DNA of 64,000 nucleotides from an uncultured Actinomycetota bacterium (GTDB lineage Bacteria > Actinomycetota > Actinomycetes > CAWDCV01). Where the stretch lies: assembly GCA_963728125.1 (NCBI GenBank), contig CAVSIZ010000013.1, positions 98,803 to 162,802 of the forward strand. Reading direction: 5' to 3'. Below the pieces are notes generated by a model. It was not told the origin of the DNA, did no database searches, and saw only the letters and a list, made by a program, of their open reading frames with translations. Both the position numbers and the translations under genes were made by a program. Positions within the stretch are counted from its first letter, which is position 1; every line of letters begins with the position of its first letter. This document shows positions 60,084 to 64,000 of the stretch, one piece after another.

Positions 60084-60568
60084 GCAGCACCACCACCAAC
60101 GAGACCAGGATCGAAGCAGATCCGACGCTGCCGACGATTCGCATCATCCGCGAGTTCGACGCCCCGAAGGACCGCGTGTTCCGCGCGTGGACCGACCCGG
60201 AACTCGTCGCTCGCTGGCTGGGACCGAAGAGCACCACGATGAAGATCGACAGCTGGGACGCGCGCACCGGTGGCAACTACCGCTATGCAGCGCTGCAGGA
60301 CGGTCAGGAGGTCGCGTCGTTCTACGGTTCGTTCCACGAAGTACGTCCGAGCGAACGGCTCGTGCAGACGTTCACCTGGGAAGGTGCGCCCGACGGCGTC
60401 TCCCTCGAGACCATAACGTTCGAGGACATCGGCGATGGCCGGACGCGTGTCACCGGCCTCTCGGTCGTCGACACCATTGAGACCCGCGACATGGTCATGT
60501 CGAGTGGCATGGATAGCGGAGTGATCGAGGGCTACGAGAAACTCGACGCGCTCCTCGCTGAGGGGTAA
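60080..60568 (+). CDS. SRPBCC / AHSA1-like protein (second copy)
   Basis: IRIIREFDAPKDRVFRAWTDPELVARW; paralogous to the 24717-25187 gene. Confidence 0.7.
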   Translation: MSSTTTNETRIEADPTLPTIRIIREFDAPKDRVFRAWTDPELVARWLGPKSTTMKIDSWDARTGGNYRYAALQDGQEVASFYGSFHEVRPSERLVQTFTWEGAPDGVSLETITFEDIGDGRTRVTGLSVVDTIETRDMVMSSGMDSGVIEGYEKLDALLAEG

Positions 60569-60589
60569 CCCACCGGCCTCGGCGGCGCC

Positions 60590-62539
60590 TCAGTGAGGCG
60601 CCGCCGACGTGGCCGTGGTGTGGCAGGCGTCGCCATCGACGCCTCCGTGCGACTGAAGTGATGGTGCCACGTCCAACGACGGGTTGCGGTCGAAGAAACC
60701 GAACGGCTTGAGCCAGAACGCAACGGTGTCGACCGGCATGATGGGCCAGTCCTCGACTCGGGTGATGTGGTGAATGCCGAAGACGTACCAGAGGACGACG
60801 TCGACATCCTCGAGCGGTTCGTTGTCCGCGATCCACCGGGTCATTCCGCCGTCGGCATCCGACTGTGTCGGGTACGCGCCGCACGGCCAACGTTCGTCCG
60901 GATGCTCGCGCGTCACCCAGAGCTGGTGGCCGATCACCGGCGCCCGCACGTACTGAGGTGTCGACGCATCCATCATTGGTGGGATGCACGCTGTCGGCAC
61001 CAGCTTGTAGGCCACCGAGTCGCCGTGCGAGTTCGGCCGCGAGGGATTGACGACCTTCCAGGCCCGCTGCGTCGACCAGTCAAAGTCGCGGCCCGATTCT
61101 GACTCTCTGCGTACGGGTGTCGCCCGTGTCGTCACCGCGAGCCCGTACGGATTGTCCGGCGACACCGGTGAGGCCAGTGAGTCCAGCTCGTACACGGTGT
61201 TCTGCTCGCCGTCCACGTCGAGGTCGAGCCGCGCCACGAGGAAGTGCTGGTGGTACGGCGCATACGTGCGCGCGTCGACGAGCGTGCCGTATGGCGGCTG
61301 CTCAGCACCCTCGGCGAACGGTGTCGTCACCATGATGCCCGTCGCGCGTACCTCGCACTCGATGTTGCCGTCCTGGTAGAAGCGCCAGTAGATGAGGTAC
61401 TCGTAGTTGGCGACCGTCACGTGACACGAGACGACGAGCCGCCGTGTCCGGCGCACCTCCGCCCCCGTTATCCCGTCGACGTGCTTCCACAGGACGGCGT
61501 TGTCCTCCTCGTGGATGCAGATGGCGTTCGTGATCTCGTACGGCTCGCCCCTCGTGTCGTGGAGCACGGCGTCGACATACCGGATCTCGCCCAGGCAGTC
61601 GCAACCGAGCTCGAGTGACGTCGTCATGAAGCCGAGGCCCCACTCGCCGATGTCGTAGGCCGTGCGCCGGTAGTGGTCGAATGTCGGGTCGCGGTACGGC
61701 ACGACCATCTCCGCAAACGACATCCGGTAAGCGATATCGCGACGCTCGCCCTGATCGTCGTACTGCACCTGGTAGATGACCGGACCCTCGCGGTAGTTGA
61801 ACCCCAGGCGCATCGACCACCGCTGCCACCGCAATTCGCCGTCGTCGAGGGTGAACGAGACACCGTCCGGCTGAGTGATGTGCAACGGTGTGAGATCGTC
61901 ACGCAGCGTCTGCCCCGGCACGAGGTTGGGCGTGTACTCGCCCATCACGGGCGCCTCGTCGATGCTGCCGTTGTCGTCGATCTCGAGCAGCTGCATCGTG
62001 TTCATGTCGACGATCAGCTTGAGACCGGCCATCAGGTGGGCGTACGGGTTGCCGTCGGGCACCGAGCGGTACCACACGTCGCACCATCCGAGGCGGCGGT
62101 CCCGGTACTGCTCTGGCATCAGTGCCTTGCCGTACGTCCAGACGTCGAACAGCACCAGGTCGAGGTCGGTAACGCCACGTCGCGCCAAGGCCTCCTTGAC
62201 CTGCGGGTCGGCACGCATCGCCTCGTCGCACTCGTGCCATTCGTCGACAGTGAAGTTCGGGACGACGTTCGGCACCGCTGTCCACGATTCGACGGTGTTG
62301 CCGGTGAGGTCGATCACAGCTTCGTAGGTCATGCCATCGCTGCGATCCCAGAGCACGGCGAAGGACGTGCGCGGGACAGGTTCGCCCGGCGACCACGACT
62401 TCACGGCGGCCTTCGTCGGCTCCTGCAGTTCGATCGATGCGAAGCGGTAGGCATCGGTGATGCCGCGCTCGCGGCGCAGGATCTCGGCCGTCTGCTGGAA
62501 CTCGTCCGCGCTCAGCGGCTCGAGGGGATGCGATGCCAT
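60590..62539 (-). CDS. copper-containing primary amine oxidase (TPQ cofactor)
   Basis: TPQ consensus TVANYEY and three His copper ligands in a 649-aa protein. Confidence 0.85.
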   Translation of the reverse strand: MASHPLEPLSADEFQQTAEILRRERGITDAYRFASIELQEPTKAAVKSWSPGEPVPRTSFAVLWDRSDGMTYEAVIDLTGNTVESWTAVPNVVPNFTVDEWHECDEAMRADPQVKEALARRGVTDLDLVLFDVWTYGKALMPEQYRDRRLGWCDVWYRSVPDGNPYAHLMAGLKLIVDMNTMQLLEIDDNGSIDEAPVMGEYTPNLVPGQTLRDDLTPLHITQPDGVSFTLDDGELRWQRWSMRLGFNYREGPVIYQVQYDDQGERRDIAYRMSFAEMVVPYRDPTFDHYRRTAYDIGEWGLGFMTTSLELGCDCLGEIRYVDAVLHDTRGEPYEITNAICIHEEDNAVLWKHVDGITGAEVRRTRRLVVSCHVTVANYEYLIYWRFYQDGNIECEVRATGIMVTTPFAEGAEQPPYGTLVDARTYAPYHQHFLVARLDLDVDGEQNTVYELDSLASPVSPDNPYGLAVTTRATPVRRESESGRDFDWSTQRAWKVVNPSRPNSHGDSVAYKLVPTACIPPMMDASTPQYVRAPVIGHQLWVTREHPDERWPCGAYPTQSDADGGMTRWIADNEPLEDVDVVLWYVFGIHHITRVEDWPIMPVDTVAFWLKPFGFFDRNPSLDVAPSLQSHGGVDGDACHTTATSAAPH

Positions 62540-62549
62540 GGCGGCTCCT

Positions 62550-64000
62550 TCAGTCCTCGACCACGAGCGCAGGCGTGTCCTTGACCAGAGTCTCGCCGCG
62601 GAAGAACGCCGGATCTCTGCTGCGCTGCCACAGCATGAACAGCAGCCCGATGGCGATCAGCCCGAGACCGAGGACCAGGACCAGTCCGACGCCGAGAACA
62701 CTTGCGCCGCTGCCGTAGTCGGGAGAGGCGCTGTCGCGCAACGTGATGAAGAAGACCAGGGCAAGGCCGAGGCCACCCAGCAGCGGAAAGAGCAGCTTGT
62801 AGACGAAGTCGGACGTGCTGCGCGTCAGCTCGCGCCTGAAGTACCAGATGCACGCGAACGCGACGAGACCGTAGTAGAAGCAGATCATGATGCCCAGTGA
62901 GTAGATCGTGTCCGTGAGGACGTTCTCGCTGACGAACGTCAGCACCGCATAGAAGGTCGCAGCGCCGACGCCGGCGGCTAACGTCGCAAAGGACGGCGTC
63001 TGAAAGCGCGGATGTACCGTCGCGAAGCGCTGGGGGAAGGCGCGGTACGTGCCCATCGCCAGCATGGTGCGTGACGACGGAAGGAACGTGGTGATGAGGC
63101 TGGCGGCGCTCGACGCCAGAACGGCGAGGAAGAGGAACAGATTGAGCGGGCTCCCCAGCACGGGTTCGGCCAGCGCACCGAAGACGTTCTCCTCGATCTC
63201 TGGATTTCCGAGCCCCAATCCTTCCTCACCCACGCCGGCATACATCTGCGTCGCGATGGCGACGAGCAGGTAGGTCAGCAGGATCGATATCACGCAGAGC
63301 AGCGCTGCGCGGCCGGGCGTCGTGTCGCTGTCTTTGGATTCCTCGTTCACCGTGAGGCTGGTGTCCCACCCCCAGAAGGCGAAGATCGATCCGGACAAGC
63401 CAGCGATGAACGCTGACAGCGTCAGTCCGCTGGGACTGAACCACGACCACGAGAACGGCAGGCCAGTGTCTGACGATCCGGACTTGGCCAGTGCGGCTAT
63501 GGCGAAAACCACCAGGAGGACCATCTGGAAGCCCACGAGGATGAACTGCACGCGCTCGGTGGTCGTAATGCCGCGGTACGCCACGAAGGTCGCGATGGCC
63601 AAGAACGCCAAGCACGTCACGACATTGACGAGGCGGTTCTCCCACAGCGTCGAGATGCTCTCACTGCCGGTGATCTCGCCAATGAACTGGTAGAAGAACT
63701 GCACGGCGACCCCGGCGAGATTCGACAGCACGATGACCGTCGCCAGAATCGCTGCCCAGCCGCCGATCCAGCCGACGTACGGGCCGAATGACTTCGTGGT
63801 CCAGGTGAATGACGTGCCGCAGTCAGGCGCCACCTTGTTGAGCTCGCGGTACGCGTACGCCGCGAAGAACATCGGCAGGAAGCCGGCAATGATGACAACG
63901 GCCATCTTGTCGCTCGCCTCGGCGACGAGGATGCCGATGGTCGCCGTGAGCGCGTAGGCCGGCGCCACGGACGAGATCCCGAGGACCACGCCGCCGAGCA
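62550..64000 (-). CDS. APC-family amino acid/amine permease (5' end beyond the window)
   Basis: Multi-transmembrane APC permease lying immediately upstream of the amine oxidase on the same strand; the ORF remains open to the window edge. Confidence 0.75.
   Translation of the reverse strand, partial: LGGVVLGISSVAPAYALTATIGILVAEASDKMAVVIIAGFLPMFFAAYAYRELNKVAPDCGTSFTWTTKSFGPYVGWIGGWAAILATVIVLSNLAGVAVQFFYQFIGEITGSESISTLWENRLVNVVTCLAFLAIATFVAYRGITTTERVQFILVGFQMVLLVVFAIAALAKSGSSDTGLPFSWSWFSPSGLTLSAFIAGLSGSIFAFWGWDTSLTVNEESKDSDTTPGRAALLCVISILLTYLLVAIATQMYAGVGEEGLGLGNPEIEENVFGALAEPVLGSPLNLFLFLAVLASSAASLITTFLPSSRTMLAMGTYRAFPQRFATVHPRFQTPSFATLAAGVGAATFYAVLTFVSENVLTDTIYSLGIMICFYYGLVAFACIWYFRRELTRSTSDFVYKLLFPLLGGLGLALVFFITLRDSASPDYGSGASVLGVGLVLVLGLGLIAIGLLFMLWQRSRDPAFFRGETLVKDTPALVVED

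Noticed and set aside
1-64000. tRNA, rRNA, riboswitch or CRISPR features
   Set aside because: No T-loop/anticodon-arm-like structures, rRNA-like conserved stretches or spacer-repeat arrays were seen by eye. The intergenic regions are short except recX-rny and clgR upstream

Overview
This is a high-GC (about 70%) actinobacterial chromosomal segment whose gene order resembles the Corynebacteriales/mycobacterial core region: thyX-dapA-rnj ... ftsK-rimO-pgsA ... cinA-clgR ... nei ... (DUF3046)-recA-recX-rny ... gluABCD-miaB-(DUF349)-miaA-dapF. Most long ORFs are intact, but several genes show frame disruptions at short homopolymer-like runs: DUF2461, thyX, a protein-kinase remnant, a UPF0104 membrane protein and a DHFR-family fragment. 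These may be assembly indels or real gene decay. Three items stand out. (1) A tightly coupled four-gene minus-strand operon at 7651-10322 resembles a TerY-P-type signalling/defence triad with a decayed kinase. It encodes a vWA (TerY-like) protein, a PP2C phosphatase, an internally deleted and frameshifted Ser/Thr kinase, and a small zinc-ribbon protein. It sits at a synteny break between rnj/yidD and ftsK. (2) thyX is interrupted by an intein that carries a LAGLIDADG-type endonuclease domain, ends atypically in Gly-Asn, and is 928 nt long (not a multiple of 3) with at least three frame changes. (3) recA carries an intact 358-aa LAGLIDADG intein at the RecA-a site (after VGVMFG) and has a canonical actinobacterial LexA box upstream. 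Other curiosities are a protein with about nine tandem 11-residue repeats beside an RDD/two-component module, a PAP2-lipid-kinase-like fusion membrane protein, a wHTH-alpha/beta-hydrolase regulator, duplicated ArsR-SRPBCC modules with palindromic operators, repeated GTGA start/stop overlaps, and a copper amine oxidase-permease pair. No rRNA, tRNA or CRISPR array was detected.
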